Assembly: GCA_964486675.1 (NCBI GenBank)
Contig: CAZAOD010000001.1
Coordinates: 5,683 to 69,682 of the forward strand
Direction: 5' to 3'
Source: an uncultured Planctomycetales bacterium
GTDB taxonomy: Bacteria; Omnitrophota; Gorgyraeia; Zapsychrales; Aceulaceae
DNA length: 64,000 nt
Numbering within the stretch: the first letter of the stretch is position 1; every line of letters begins with the position of its first letter. Positions 51,266 through 60,448 of this stretch are shown one piece after another. The position numbers and the translations under genes were made by a program. Under the pieces are notes generated by a model. That model had not been told where the DNA came from and searched no databases. It was given only the letters and a program-made list of their open reading frames with translations.

Positions 51266-52572
51266 ATGGTGGTGCAAATGGAAAGACTGATCAGGTCCCA
51301 ATGACGAATGCTGATAAGCTTTTTATTGACAGCTTAAAAGATAAAAAGATGTCGGATCTAACGCAGATCGCCAAAGACATGAAGATCGAAGGCTTAAGTG
51401 GCATCAAGAAGCAGGATTTGATCTTAAAGATCCTTCAGGCCCAAGCTGAAAAAGAAGGCGTTATGTTCGGCGCTGGTACGCTGGAGGTCTTATCCGAAGG
51501 ATTTGGTTTCTTGCGAAACGCCAATTATAATTATCTGCCATGCCCGGATGATATTTATGTCTCTCCATCCCAGATCAGAAAGTTTGATCTTAAGACGGGC
51601 GATAATGTCAGCGGGCAGATCCGGCCTCCTAAAGAAGGTGAGAAATATTTCGCGCTTCTTAAAGTAGAAGCGGTCAATTTTGAGAATCCCGAGAAATGCA
51701 AAGAAAAGATCCTGTTCGATCAGCTCACACCGCTTTATCCTCAGGAGCGTTTTCTTTTGGAAACAAGCCCCGAAGAACTATCCACGCGCGTCATGGACCT
51801 TCTGTCGCCGCTTGGAAAAGGGCAGCGCGCGTTGATCGTCGCGCCGCCGTATAGCGGAAAAACAGTTCTTTTGCAGAAGATCGCTAATTCCATCACGCGT
51901 AATCACCCCGATGCGATCCTGATCGTTCTTTTGATCGATGAACGCCCAGAAGAGGTCACGGATATGCAGCGTAGCGTCAAAGGGGAGGTTATTTCTTCAA
52001 CATTTGATGAGCCGGCAGAGCGCCATGTCCAGGTCGCTGAGATCGTTTTGGAAAAGGCCAAGCGGCTTGTAGAGCATAAAAGGGACGTCGTGATCCTTCT
52101 AGACAGCATCACGCGTTTAGCCCGGGCCTACAACACGGTCGTTCCGCATAGCGGCAAGATTCTTTCTGGAGGCGTGGACTCTAACGCGCTTCATAAACCC
52201 AAGAGGTTTTTTGGCGCTGCTCGCTGTATTGAAGAGGGCGGCAGTTTAACGATCATCGCGACAGGGCTGGTGGACACCGGAAGTCGCATGGATGAGGTTA
52301 TCTTTGAGGAATTCAAAGGAACCGGCAATATGGAATTACAGCTTGACAGAACGCTTTTTCAGAGGAGAATATATCCCGCGATTGACATCAAAAGGTCAAA
52401 TACACGCCATGAAGAGCTATTGATCCCCGAGGGTGATCTGCAGCGCATTTGGCTTTTACGCAAGGCGCTCAATGATCTTAATCTATCGGAGTCAATGGAA
52501 CTTTTGTTGGCGAAACTTGCGAAATATAAGACCAACAAAGATTTCTTAAACAACATGAACAGAGCTGACTAA
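51235..52572 (+). CDS. rho: transcription termination factor Rho
   Basis: N-terminal OB/RNA-binding domain, Walker A PPYSGKT, Q- and R-loops. Confidence 0.9.
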   Translation: MPKTKEKEIVNGGANGKTDQVPMTNADKLFIDSLKDKKMSDLTQIAKDMKIEGLSGIKKQDLILKILQAQAEKEGVMFGAGTLEVLSEGFGFLRNANYNYLPCPDDIYVSPSQIRKFDLKTGDNVSGQIRPPKEGEKYFALLKVEAVNFENPEKCKEKILFDQLTPLYPQERFLLETSPEELSTRVMDLLSPLGKGQRALIVAPPYSGKTVLLQKIANSITRNHPDAILIVLLIDERPEEVTDMQRSVKGEVISSTFDEPAERHVQVAEIVLEKAKRLVEHKRDVVILLDSITRLARAYNTVVPHSGKILSGGVDSNALHKPKRFFGAARCIEEGGSLTIIATGLVDTGSRMDEVIFEEFKGTGNMELQLDRTLFQRRIYPAIDIKRSNTRHEELLIPEGDLQRIWLLRKALNDLNLSESMELLLAKLAKYKTNKDFLNNMNRAD

Positions 52573-52596
52573 GCCTATCAAGGAGGACAATGACGT

Positions 52597-52803
52597 ATGA
52601 AAAAAGATATTCACCCTAAATATGAAGAAGCCACGATCACATGTTCTTGCGGGGAGATTATTCAGACGCGCTCGACCCGCAAAGGCATCCATGTGGAAAT
52701 TTGCTCTAAGTGCCATCCATTCTTCACGGGCGATAAAAAGTTTGTCGATACCGCCGGCCGCATTGATCGTTTTAAAAAGCGTTACGCCAAGAAAGATAAA
52801 TAA
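52597..52803 (+). CDS. rpmE: 50S ribosomal protein L31
   Basis: [11 protein letters not shown] zinc-ribbon pattern, 68 aa, AAGGAGG ribosome-binding site. Confidence 0.9.
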   Translation: MKKDIHPKYEEATITCSCGEIIQTRSTRKGIHVEICSKCHPFFTGDKKFVDTAGRIDRFKKRYAKKDK

Positions 52804-52805
52804 CA

Positions 52806-52895
52806 GCTCGGCGCAAAATGCGCTGAGTTGTTCCGAGCCAATAGGCAAAGGACAAAGAAATTGCTCAGCGTGAAATGCGTTGAGATACTCCGAGC
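52806..52895 (+). repeat. tandem direct repeat of two 33-nt hairpin-forming units (REP-like) in the rpmE-prfA spacer
   Basis: Unit 1 (52806-52838) is GCTCGGCGCAAAATGCGCTGAGTTGTTCCGAGC and unit 2 (52863-52895) is GCTCAGCGTGAAATGCGTTGAGATACTCCGAGC, 26/33 identical. Each has an outer GCTCGG/CCGAGC stem and an inner CTCRGCG/CGYTGAG stem. Confidence 0.55.
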
Positions 52896-52919
52896 GTTTG
52901 CGCGAGGAGATGACAGACG

Positions 52920-53984
52920 ATGAATATTGATAAACTTCAGAAGGCCCAAGAGCGTTGTGGTGAGCTAGAGGTCCTTTTGGCGGATCCGCAAGTGATCGCT
53001 GATAATAAGCGATATCAATCTTTTGCCAAAGAGATGGCAGAATTGATGCCGTTTGCCAGCGCTTACCGCGAGCATCAAAATCTTCTTAAAGAAAAACAGG
53101 ATCTTGAGCATCTTTTGAAGGAAAAGCATGATAAGGATTTTATCGATCTTGCGCATTTCGAACTCTCTGAGCTGCAAGCCCGCCAAGAAGCTCTTGAGCT
53201 TCAGATCAATGAACTGCTAAATCCCAAACGACAAGAGCAAGAAAAAGATATCATCATCGAGATCCGTGCCGGTACTGGCGGAGCCGAAGCCTCTTTGTTT
53301 GCTGGCGATCTGTACCGAATGTATACTAAGTACGCAGCTCAGAAGAATTGGCGCGTTGATCTTATGAGCAGTCATCCGGCAGAGGGTGGAGGATTTAAAG
53401 AGATCGTTTTTGGGATTAGCGGAAAAGGTACCTGGGAGCGTTTAAAGTGGGAAAGCGGAGCGCATCGCGTTCAACGCGTTCCAACAACAGAAGCTTCGGG
53501 GCGCATTCATACATCTGCGGCGACTGTCGTTGTCATGGCAGAGCCGGAAGAAATAGATCTTGTGATCGACCCTAAGGATCTAAAAATCGATGTTTTTCGT
53601 TCGTCCGGCCCTGGAGGACAGAGCGTTAATACGACTGACTCAGCGATACGCGTCACGCACTTGCCGACGGGAACCGTTGTCGTTTGCCAAGATGAACGCT
53701 CACAGCTTAAAAATAGGTTAAAGGCCATGCGTGTTTTACGCGCGCGAATCTTAGATAAGATGCAAGAAGACAGTCGCGCAAAGGAATCCCAAGAGCGCAA
53801 GGCGAAAGTAGGGACAGGGGATCGTAGTGAAAAGATCCGTACTTATAATTTTCCAGATCGCCGCGTTACGGACCACCGTATTGGGTTTACAAGTCATCAG
53901 CTTCCCAGCATCTTAGATGGTGAAATGGATGAGCTTACAAGCGCTCTGATCGAAGCTGAGCTTAGGGCGGAGGTGCAAGAATGA
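52920..53984 (+). CDS. prfA: peptide chain release factor 1
   Basis: PAT-like tripeptide region and GGQ motif (SGPGGQSVN). Confidence 0.9.
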   Translation: MNIDKLQKAQERCGELEVLLADPQVIADNKRYQSFAKEMAELMPFASAYREHQNLLKEKQDLEHLLKEKHDKDFIDLAHFELSELQARQEALELQINELLNPKRQEQEKDIIIEIRAGTGGAEASLFAGDLYRMYTKYAAQKNWRVDLMSSHPAEGGGFKEIVFGISGKGTWERLKWESGAHRVQRVPTTEASGRIHTSAATVVVMAEPEEIDLVIDPKDLKIDVFRSSGPGGQSVNTTDSAIRVTHLPTGTVVVCQDERSQLKNRLKAMRVLRARILDKMQEDSRAKESQERKAKVGTGDRSEKIRTYNFPDRRVTDHRIGFTSHQLPSILDGEMDELTSALIEAELRAEVQE

Positions 53985-54769
53985 ACGAGCAAGAACTCAT
54001 TCTCACATCCGTTCTGCAATGTCGCAGAGTTGATCTTTACACAGGCTCCGTTGAAATGACCGAAGATCAAAAACAGCAGCTTGATGATATCTACAGCAGA
54101 CGTTCTTTGAGCGAGCCCGCGCAATATATTTTACGTACTTGTGAGTTTATGGGGTTTGATTTTTATGTTGATCAGCGCGTATTGATCCCTCGTCCGGAAA
54201 CAGAGTTGATAGTAGAGGCTGCGGCGACTTTTTTGCAAAAGGCAGATAAGTCTTTAAGCATTCTTGATATCGGAACGGGAAGCGGCAATATGATCATTAG
54301 CCTCGCGAAGAATTTTCCTCACCATCATTTTCTAGCCCTGGATATTTCTATAGAGGCGCTTGAGGTTGCTAAGCAGAACGCACGGACGCACGATGTCTTT
54401 TCGCAGATCACATTTCTTGAGGGTGATATTTTTAGCGATGCATGTATCCGCAAGATGCCGCCATGCGATATCATTATTTCGAATCCGCCGTATATTCCAA
54501 GCGGCGATATCGTAGATCTTCAGCCGGAAGTCCTCCAAGAGCCCCATGGCGCTTTGGATGGCGGAGAGGATGGATTACGTTTTTATCGTCAGATCGCGCA
54601 ATTCACAAAATATGTCTTATCCCATCATGGCTTTCTTTTTCTTGAGATCGGACAAGGCCAGGCAAAAGATGTTAAAGACATTTTAGAAAAGACAGGTCAT
54701 CTGATCGTTCAAGGATGTTTAAACGATTATTCACATATAGAACGTGTTATTATGGCGCAAAGGATATAG
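53981..54769 (+). CDS. prmC: release factor glutamine N5-methyltransferase (HemK/PrmC)
   Basis: DIGTGSG SAM motif and IISNPPY; ATGA overlap with prfA. Confidence 0.85.
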   Translation: MNEQELILTSVLQCRRVDLYTGSVEMTEDQKQQLDDIYSRRSLSEPAQYILRTCEFMGFDFYVDQRVLIPRPETELIVEAAATFLQKADKSLSILDIGTGSGNMIISLAKNFPHHHFLALDISIEALEVAKQNARTHDVFSQITFLEGDIFSDACIRKMPPCDIIISNPPYIPSGDIVDLQPEVLQEPHGALDGGEDGLRFYRQIAQFTKYVLSHHGFLFLEIGQGQAKDVKDILEKTGHLIVQGCLNDYSHIERVIMAQRI

Positions 54770-54772
54770 TCT

Positions 54773-56035
54773 ATGGACAAGCTTGTGATCGAAGGGGGAA
54801 AACGTTTATCTGGAGAAGTTCGCATTAGCGGGGCAAAGAATTCGGCGTTGCCTATTATGGCGGCTACTCTTTTGACGGATCAGCCGTGCACGATCCATAA
54901 TGTGCCCAAATTACGCGACACATTGACCATGATCAAACTTCTGGAGTCTTTAGGCAAGGTCACGCGTTATGAAAAAGGAAAGCTGGTCGTTTCGAACAAG
55001 GGGCCGATCAAAGATACTGCTCCCTATGACCTTGTTTCCACGATGCGCGGATCGTTCTGTGTCTTAGGGCCTCTTTTAGGAAAGCTTCGCCGGGCCCGTG
55101 TTTCTTTGCCCGGAGGTTGCGTGATCGGTATTCGCCCTGTTGATCTTCATGTTAAAGGCTTGAAGGCTTTAGGTGCTGAGATGACAACGGATGCGGGATA
55201 TATTGTCGCTAAAGCCAAACGCTTGCGAGGAGCACGTATCTATTTAGGAGGGGTCTTTGGGTCATCAGTCCTGGCAACGGCCAATGTGATGATGGCGGCT
55301 GTTCTGGCCAATGGTGAGACGGTCATTGAGTCAGCGGCTTGCGAACCGGAGATCGAGGATCTAGGGAATTTTTTAGTGCGCATGGGCGCTCATGTGATAG
55401 GACACGGGACGCCGCGCATCATTATTCGCGGGGTTAAGGAGCTTTTAGGGGCAGACCATAGCATTATCGCGGATCGTATCGAAGCAGGGACATTTATATT
55501 GATGTCCGTGGCTACGCGCAGCGACTTGACGATCCGTGATGCGTATCACGGGCATTTGCTATCCTTGATCGATGTCTTAGAGTCCATAGGGGTCCGTTTT
55601 GAGTGTACCGATGATGTGATCCGTGTGATCAATCGCCGAACGATCACACCGGCCAGCATCAATACATATCCTTATCCAGGATTTCCAACGGATCTCCAAG
55701 CCCAATTCATGGCCTTAATGGCAACGACACCCGGCGTGAGTGTTATCACGGACCGTGTCTATCCTGATCGATTTATGCATATTGCTGAACTTGACCGCAT
55801 GGGGGCTAATATTCGTCGGGAAGGTTTACACGCGATTGTCCAGGGGGTCAAAACCCTACACGGAGCCCCGGTTATGGCTTCAGACCTACGCGCATCGGCC
55901 GCTCTTGTCATTGCCGGCTTGACCGCGAAAGGCCTGACGGAGATCCACCGCATCTATCATCTGGAACGTGGGTATGAGGACCTCGAGAAAAAACTTTTGA
56001 ACATTGGCGCAAAGATCTCAAGGAAAAAAGTGTGA
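54773..56035 (+). CDS. murA: UDP-N-acetylglucosamine 1-carboxyvinyltransferase
   Basis: [18 protein letters not shown] and an active-site Cys context; 420 aa. Confidence 0.9.
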   Translation: MDKLVIEGGKRLSGEVRISGAKNSALPIMAATLLTDQPCTIHNVPKLRDTLTMIKLLESLGKVTRYEKGKLVVSNKGPIKDTAPYDLVSTMRGSFCVLGPLLGKLRRARVSLPGGCVIGIRPVDLHVKGLKALGAEMTTDAGYIVAKAKRLRGARIYLGGVFGSSVLATANVMMAAVLANGETVIESAACEPEIEDLGNFLVRMGAHVIGHGTPRIIIRGVKELLGADHSIIADRIEAGTFILMSVATRSDLTIRDAYHGHLLSLIDVLESIGVRFECTDDVIRVINRRTITPASINTYPYPGFPTDLQAQFMALMATTPGVSVITDRVYPDRFMHIAELDRMGANIRREGLHAIVQGVKTLHGAPVMASDLRASAALVIAGLTAKGLTEIHRIYHLERGYEDLEKKLLNIGAKISRKKV

Positions 56036-56036
56036 T

Positions 56037-56609
56037 ATGATCCTCATGCTGGATAATTATGATTCCTTTACCTACAATCTCGTTCAGTACCTGGCGGAAT
56101 TGAAAGCGGATGTTGAGGTTTTTCGCAACGATGCCATCACGATCGATGATATCAAAAGCATGGGGCCGGAACGTATCGTTGTCTCTCCTGGGCCGGGACG
56201 GCCAGAGGATGCAGGTATATCTGTTGCGTTAATACGAGAATTTGCCGGTCAGATCCCGATCTTAGGGGTTTGCTTAGGCCATCAGGCCATTGGCTATGCC
56301 TATGGCGGGAGCATCATCGGCGCGAAAAAATTGATGCATGGCAAAACCTCTTTGATCCATCATAATAAAAAAGAGATCTTTAAAGATCTACCTAATCCGT
56401 TCGAAGCGACACGCTATCATTCCTTAGTTATCGATCGAAAAACCATTCCTTCTTGCCTTGAGGTTACCGCTTGGACAGATGATGGCGAGATCATGGGCGT
56501 ACGGCACAAGGATCATCCGCTTTGGGGTGTTCAATTTCATCCGGAGTCTATTTTGACCAAAGAAGGCAAAAAGTTGCTTCAGAATTTTCTAATCTTAAAC
56601 CCTAAATAA
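56037..56609 (+). CDS. trpG: anthranilate synthase component II / glutamine amidotransferase (TrpG/PabA)
   Basis: [15 protein letters not shown], catalytic GVCLGHQ and a HPES motif. Confidence 0.85.
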   Translation: MILMLDNYDSFTYNLVQYLAELKADVEVFRNDAITIDDIKSMGPERIVVSPGPGRPEDAGISVALIREFAGQIPILGVCLGHQAIGYAYGGSIIGAKKLMHGKTSLIHHNKKEIFKDLPNPFEATRYHSLVIDRKTIPSCLEVTAWTDDGEIMGVRHKDHPLWGVQFHPESILTKEGKKLLQNFLILNPK

Positions 56610-56622
56610 ATTTTCTATCTGC

Positions 56623-57630
56623 ATGCAAGAGTATATAAATAAGATCCAGCAACATCATGACCTCACCGCCCAAGAGATGTCTGATGTGATGCGACGCATC
56701 ATGACCGGAACAGTGCCGAAAGAGGAGCTTAGCGCGTTTCTTTTAGCGTTGCGCAAGAAAGGGGCCGCGGTCAATGAGATCACCGGTGCGGCACGTATCA
56801 TGCGCGAGTTCGCGATCGCGGTAGATACAGATAAAGACGTTGTGCTCGATACCTGCGGGACTGGAGGCGATAGGGCAGGCACATTCAATATCTCGACCGC
56901 CGTCGCTTTTGTGGTTGCTGGCGCTGGTTGCGTGGTGGCCAAGCATGGCAACCGTTCTGTTTCCAGCAAATGTGGCAGCGCGGATGTGCTTGAGTATTTA
57001 GGTGTCAATGTGGGCATGAAGGTCGAGCGTTTATCGGATTGCCTGCGCCAGGTGGGCATCGCTTTTTTATTCGCGCAAAATTTACATCCGGCCATGCGTT
57101 ATGCGGCCGCGGTTCGCAAAGAACTAGGGGTTGAGACGATCTTTAATGTTTTGGGGCCTCTGACGAACCCGTCCAAAGCCACGCATCAGATGATGGGTGT
57201 TTATAGCAAAGAATTAGTTGAGCCCATGGCGCATGTTTTGCAGAATCTGGGATTAAAGAAAGCTTTGGTGGTGCATGGAGAGGATGGCTTAGATGAGATC
57301 ACGACCACTGCCAAGACATTTGCTAGTGAGTATAATAGCCAAGATATCATTTCATATGAGATCGATCCATCTTTCTACGGCATTCCAAGAGCTCTTCCTC
57401 AAGACCTTAAGGGAGGAAACGCTGAAACCAATGCGCAGATCATTTCTGATGTTCTAAGCGGTCAGGCTGGAGCCCAAAGAGATATCGTTATTTTAAATGC
57501 TGCTCACGCGTTGTACGTCGCTGGCAGAACCCCAACAGTTCATAAGGGCATAGAGGCAGCCCGCCAATCGGTCGATACAAAAAAAGCCAAAGAAAAACTT
57601 GATTCCTTGATCGCGTTTACTAATCAATGA
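56623..57630 (+). CDS. trpD: anthranilate phosphoribosyltransferase
   Basis: DTCGTGGD and NGN/HG motifs; 335 aa. Confidence 0.85.
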   Translation: MQEYINKIQQHHDLTAQEMSDVMRRIMTGTVPKEELSAFLLALRKKGAAVNEITGAARIMREFAIAVDTDKDVVLDTCGTGGDRAGTFNISTAVAFVVAGAGCVVAKHGNRSVSSKCGSADVLEYLGVNVGMKVERLSDCLRQVGIAFLFAQNLHPAMRYAAAVRKELGVETIFNVLGPLTNPSKATHQMMGVYSKELVEPMAHVLQNLGLKKALVVHGEDGLDEITTTAKTFASEYNSQDIISYEIDPSFYGIPRALPQDLKGGNAETNAQIISDVLSGQAGAQRDIVILNAAHALYVAGRTPTVHKGIEAARQSVDTKKAKEKLDSLIAFTNQ

Positions 57631-58412
57631 CAAAAGATTTCCTAAAAGATATTATTGCGTACAAACAAGACCTAATCAAAAAGAAAAAAGTCTTCCTACA
57701 GGAGCTTAAGGCAAAGAATAAGAATGACAAGCACACATCGTATCATATATTCCAGAAAGCCATATCAAAGCCGGGCCAGCTAAATCTTATCGCTGAGATC
57801 AAAAAAGCTTCACCATCTCAAGGGGTTATACGTGGTGATTTTAGCGTGCTGGATCTATCGCACACCTATCAGAAAGCTGGCGCAGCCGCCATTTCTGTTT
57901 TGACCGAAGATAAGTATTTTTTAGGCAAGCCGCCGTATGTGCGCGAGGTGGCTGAGTATGTAAGCTTGCCTGTTTTGACCAAGGATTTTATTATTGACGA
58001 GCTGCAGATCTTTGAAACCTTTTCGTTCGGCAGTAGCGCGGTGCTGTTGATCGTTGCCATCCTTACGGATAAAAAGCTACAACAGCTTCTTGAGACCGCT
58101 CACGGTTTAGGCATGGATGCCTTAGTCGAGGTCCATGACGAGAAAGAACTTCAGCGCGCCATCAATAGCGGGGCTAAGATCATAGGGGTCAACAACCGTA
58201 ACCTTAAAACGCTTGAAGTTGATCTTGCGACCTGCGAAAAGCTGATCCCGCGTATTCCTAAAGGAATAGCGATCGTTGCTGAAAGTGGGATCAAAGATCA
58301 TGCGGATATTCAGAAGCTTCAACAGTTGGGCGCGCATGCTGTTTTGATCGGAGAAACTTTTTTGCGTGCCGCTGATGTTGGGGCAAAGGTGAAAGAACTG
58401 ATGCATGGTTAA
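57627..58412 (+). CDS. trpC: indole-3-glycerol phosphate synthase
   Basis: IAEIKKASPS and (beta/alpha)8 motifs; ATGA overlap with trpD. Confidence 0.85.
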   Translation: MTKDFLKDIIAYKQDLIKKKKVFLQELKAKNKNDKHTSYHIFQKAISKPGQLNLIAEIKKASPSQGVIRGDFSVLDLSHTYQKAGAAAISVLTEDKYFLGKPPYVREVAEYVSLPVLTKDFIIDELQIFETFSFGSSAVLLIVAILTDKKLQQLLETAHGLGMDALVEVHDEKELQRAINSGAKIIGVNNRNLKTLEVDLATCEKLIPRIPKGIAIVAESGIKDHADIQKLQQLGAHAVLIGETFLRAADVGAKVKELMHG

Positions 58413-59019
58413 GATCAAGGTTTGTGGAATAACGAACAGCAAAGACGCTCAGCTCGCGTGCCGTCTTGGCGCTTGGGCCGTTGGGTTTATCTTTTATTTC
58501 AAGAGCCCGCGCTATGTTGCGCCCGCAAAAGCTCAAAAGATCATCCGAGCCTTGCCGAAGGCGGTTGTTCCTGTCGGTGTTTTTGTTGACGAACCGCTTG
58601 AAAGTATAAGAGCGATCGTGGCTCAATGCAAATTAAAAGCAGTCCAGCTGCATGGCAGCGAAACACCTGCAGCCTGTTCATGTATCAAGAACGTTTTGAC
58701 CATCAAGGCTGTTCGTGTCAAAAGCAGGGCGGATATCGTCAAAGCTTTACGCTATTCCACGGATTTCATATTGTTAGATGCCTATCACAAAGATCTGCTT
58801 GGTGGCACAGGAAAAATCTTTAATTGGGACTTGTTGTCGAATAGAAAAAAGACAAAAAGCAAGATTATCCTTTCAGGGGGATTGAATCCTGAGAACATCC
58901 GGAAGGCTGTCGCCTTAAAGAATATTTATGCTTTTGATGTTGCTAGCGGTGTTGAGAAAAGGCCGGGGAAAAAATGTGTACGCCTGTTAAGAAAGTTTTT
59001 TAGGCAAGCAAAAAACTAA
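58405..59019 (+). CDS. trpF: phosphoribosylanthranilate isomerase
   Basis: VKIKVCGIT; 204 aa; overlaps the trpC end. Confidence 0.8.
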   Translation: MVKIKVCGITNSKDAQLACRLGAWAVGFIFYFKSPRYVAPAKAQKIIRALPKAVVPVGVFVDEPLESIRAIVAQCKLKAVQLHGSETPAACSCIKNVLTIKAVRVKSRADIVKALRYSTDFILLDAYHKDLLGGTGKIFNWDLLSNRKKTKSKIILSGGLNPENIRKAVALKNIYAFDVASGVEKRPGKKCVRLLRKFFRQAKN

Positions 59020-59155
59020 ATCCGAAGCTCTAAGTGCTAAACAAATACAAATGTTAAAATTTCAACGATGAAGATATTTGTGAAATTCTGGAATTGATTT
59101 TTTGAAATTATTTAGGATTTAGGGTTTCGATATTCGGATTTTAAGGAGTATTTCT

Positions 59156-59824
59156 ATGAGCAAGATCGTTTTTGATATTGAAACCGCAGGGCAGGATTTT
59201 GATAGCTTAGATGAAACATCTAAAGAATACTTCTTAAAGTTTGCCGACAACGAACAAAAGGTCGAAGATGTTAAGAATAGTATGAGTTTTTATCCTGTGA
59301 CAGCCCAAGTGATCACGATCGGTATGTTGGATGTCGAAACGAATAAAAGTTTTGTGTTCTTTCAGAACGGTGGCAAGAAAGAGAAATTCCAGGAAGGGGA
59401 CATCACCTATGTTTCCGGTGATGAAAAAGAGATCCTGATGCATTTCTGGAAGCTCATTGAAAAGGCCAATGTTTTTATTACCTTCAATGGCCGGACTTTT
59501 GACTGTCCTTTTATCATGTTGCGCTCCGCTATTAATAACGTCCGCGCGACCAAGAATCTTGTACCTTATCGTTATGATGCGAAGCTGCATGTTGATCTTT
59601 GCGATCAGCTGACTTTTTATGATGCCATGCGTCGGCGCTTCAGTCTGGATATGTGGTGTAAAGCCTTTGGCATCAAAAGTCCAAAAGAAGAGGGGATCAC
59701 AGGCCTTCAGGTCAAAGAGCTTTTTTCTAAGGGTGCGTTCCATGATATCGCTCGATATTGCGCGCGCGATCTGCAGGCGACCAAAGAGCTATATCTTTAT
59801 TGGGAGAATTATTTAAAGTTTTAA
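59156..59824 (+). CDS. RNase H-like 3'-5' exonuclease of the PolB-exo/YprB-like (DnaQ-like) family
   Basis: Exo I FDIETAG near the N-terminus and an Exo III-like YCARDL near the C-terminus; 222 aa; TAAGGAG ribosome-binding site. Confidence 0.55.
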   Translation: MSKIVFDIETAGQDFDSLDETSKEYFLKFADNEQKVEDVKNSMSFYPVTAQVITIGMLDVETNKSFVFFQNGGKKEKFQEGDITYVSGDEKEILMHFWKLIEKANVFITFNGRTFDCPFIMLRSAINNVRATKNLVPYRYDAKLHVDLCDQLTFYDAMRRRFSLDMWCKAFGIKSPKEEGITGLQVKELFSKGAFHDIARYCARDLQATKELYLYWENYLKF

Positions 59825-59826
59825 AA

Positions 59827-60001
59827 GAAATCAAAATTCAAAAGTCAAAATCCAAAGCTAAAAAACTGATACAAAATCACAAAAATAAGAACATAAAAAT
59901 TTTAATTTCATTCTTATTAGACTATTTTTTGAGCTTAAATTATATTTTTTGTGCTAATGGATCGTTAAATTCTGAATTTTGACTTTTAATTTTTAAATTT
60001 C
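59827..60001. repeat. AT-rich ~175-bp element bounded by ~25-nt imperfect inverted repeats (perfect 12-nt core AAAAGTCAAAAT / ATTTTGACTTTT)
   Basis: The left arm (59827-59851) is GAAATCAAAATTCAAAAGTCAAAAT. The reverse complement of the right arm (59976-60001) is GAAATTTAAAAATTAAAAGTCAAAAT. The perfect cores are at 59840-59851 and 59976-59987. No coding potential. Confidence 0.5.
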
Positions 60002-60034
60002 TGAAACCGCTTTCCCAGACCCATTTTTACCCCC

Positions 60035-60062
60035 TTGTTTTTTATTGATCACGTGCTATATT
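60035..60062 (+). promoter_or_regulatory. promoter TTGTTT-16-TATATT with an extended -10 (TGcTATATT) driving the structured RNA
   Basis: -35 at 60035-60040, TG at 60054-60055, -10 at 60057-60062; predicted transcription start near 60069-60070. Confidence 0.4.
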
Positions 60063-60067
60063 CTCCA

Positions 60068-60262
60068 TTGAGCCGATAAAGGCAAACCCGGGGAAACCCG
60101 GGGGCGCAAAACCACAGACCTAAGTTGTCTGAAGCAGCTTGCGCCCCGCACCCGGAGTGGTGCAGGGGCTACCTCAAGGGCCGGTTGGGCCGCAGTGGAT
60201 GACAAGACGGTGGCTGGGTTGCCGAAGTGGACATACTTTGTCGGCTCTTTCTTTTTTCCTTC
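60068..60262 (+). ncRNA. candidate c-di-GMP-I (GEMM) riboswitch with a terminator-type expression platform
   Basis: The core GGCAAACC-CGGG-GAAA-CCCG-GGGGCGCAAAACC at 60081-60113 closely matches the V. cholerae Vc2 core GGCAAACC-AUUC-GAAA-GAGU-GGGACGCAAAGCC. The next hairpin is CAGAC-CUAAGUU-GUCUG and carries a CCUAAG tetraloop-receptor motif. The 3' junction GGGGCUACC (60165-60173) resembles Vc2 GGGGUUACC. A P1-like pairing forms between 60068-60074 and 60167-60177. GGGUUGCC (60216-60223) can pair with GGCAAACCC (60081-60089) and overlaps the terminator stem. Confidence 0.6.
60221..60257 (+). terminator. intrinsic terminator of the riboswitch expression platform
   Basis: Stem GCCGA (60221-60225) / TCGGC (60241-60245), a 15-nt loop, then the U-tract TCTTTCTTTTTT (60246-60257). 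Confidence 0.5.
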
Positions 60263-60278
60263 CTTTAAATCCTTCTCC

Positions 60279-60306
60279 TTGAAATTTGCAAAAAGTATGC
60301 TATATT
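60279..60306 (+). promoter_or_regulatory. second promoter TTGAAA-16-TATATT with the same extended -10 TGCTATATT (or a duplicated sequence)
   Basis: -35 at 60279-60284 and -10 at 60301-60306; TATGCTATATTTTCC parallels ACGTGCTATATTCTCC at 60051-60066. It lies between the terminator and the large ORF. Confidence 0.4.
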
Positions 60307-60448
60307 TTCCCAAAAGAAACCGCTTTCTTATCCAATCTGTTCTAATTTCCTGCCACGGAAAAAAGGTTTAAGGCTTGCTTTTTTAGCCTTTGAGTACGTA
60401 TGTTGATCAATTTTGATTCTAACAAGTTGTCAAAAAAGGAGAAGTTTC

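Noticed and set aside
59758-59982. 74-aa ORF on the + strand overlapping the exonuclease gene end and the AT-rich IR element
   Set aside because: It is a Lys/Asn/Ile-rich translation of AT-rich DNA and overlaps a confident gene in another frame.
60068-60262. 6S RNA or SRP RNA identity for the ~190-nt structured RNA
   Set aside because: The size and the long-range pairing first suggested 6S. However, the internal GGCAAACC-GNRA hairpin-GGGNCGCAAANCC arrangement plus the CCUAAG receptor fit c-di-GMP-I far better. There is only a partial GAAGCAGC similarity to SRP domain IV, and the apical motif is absent.
60056-60313. 85-aa ORF on the minus strand across the structured RNA
   Set aside because: It is a low-complexity Pro/Ala/Arg-rich translation of a GC-rich RNA-structure region, has no ribosome-binding site and runs antisense to a promoter-to-terminator RNA unit.
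60370-60390. Hairpin AAGGCT-tgctttttt-AGCCTT in the 5' leader of the giant ORF
   Set aside because: It is a real inverted repeat but has no U-tract and no clear function. It is noted only as part of the leader rather than as a separate feature.
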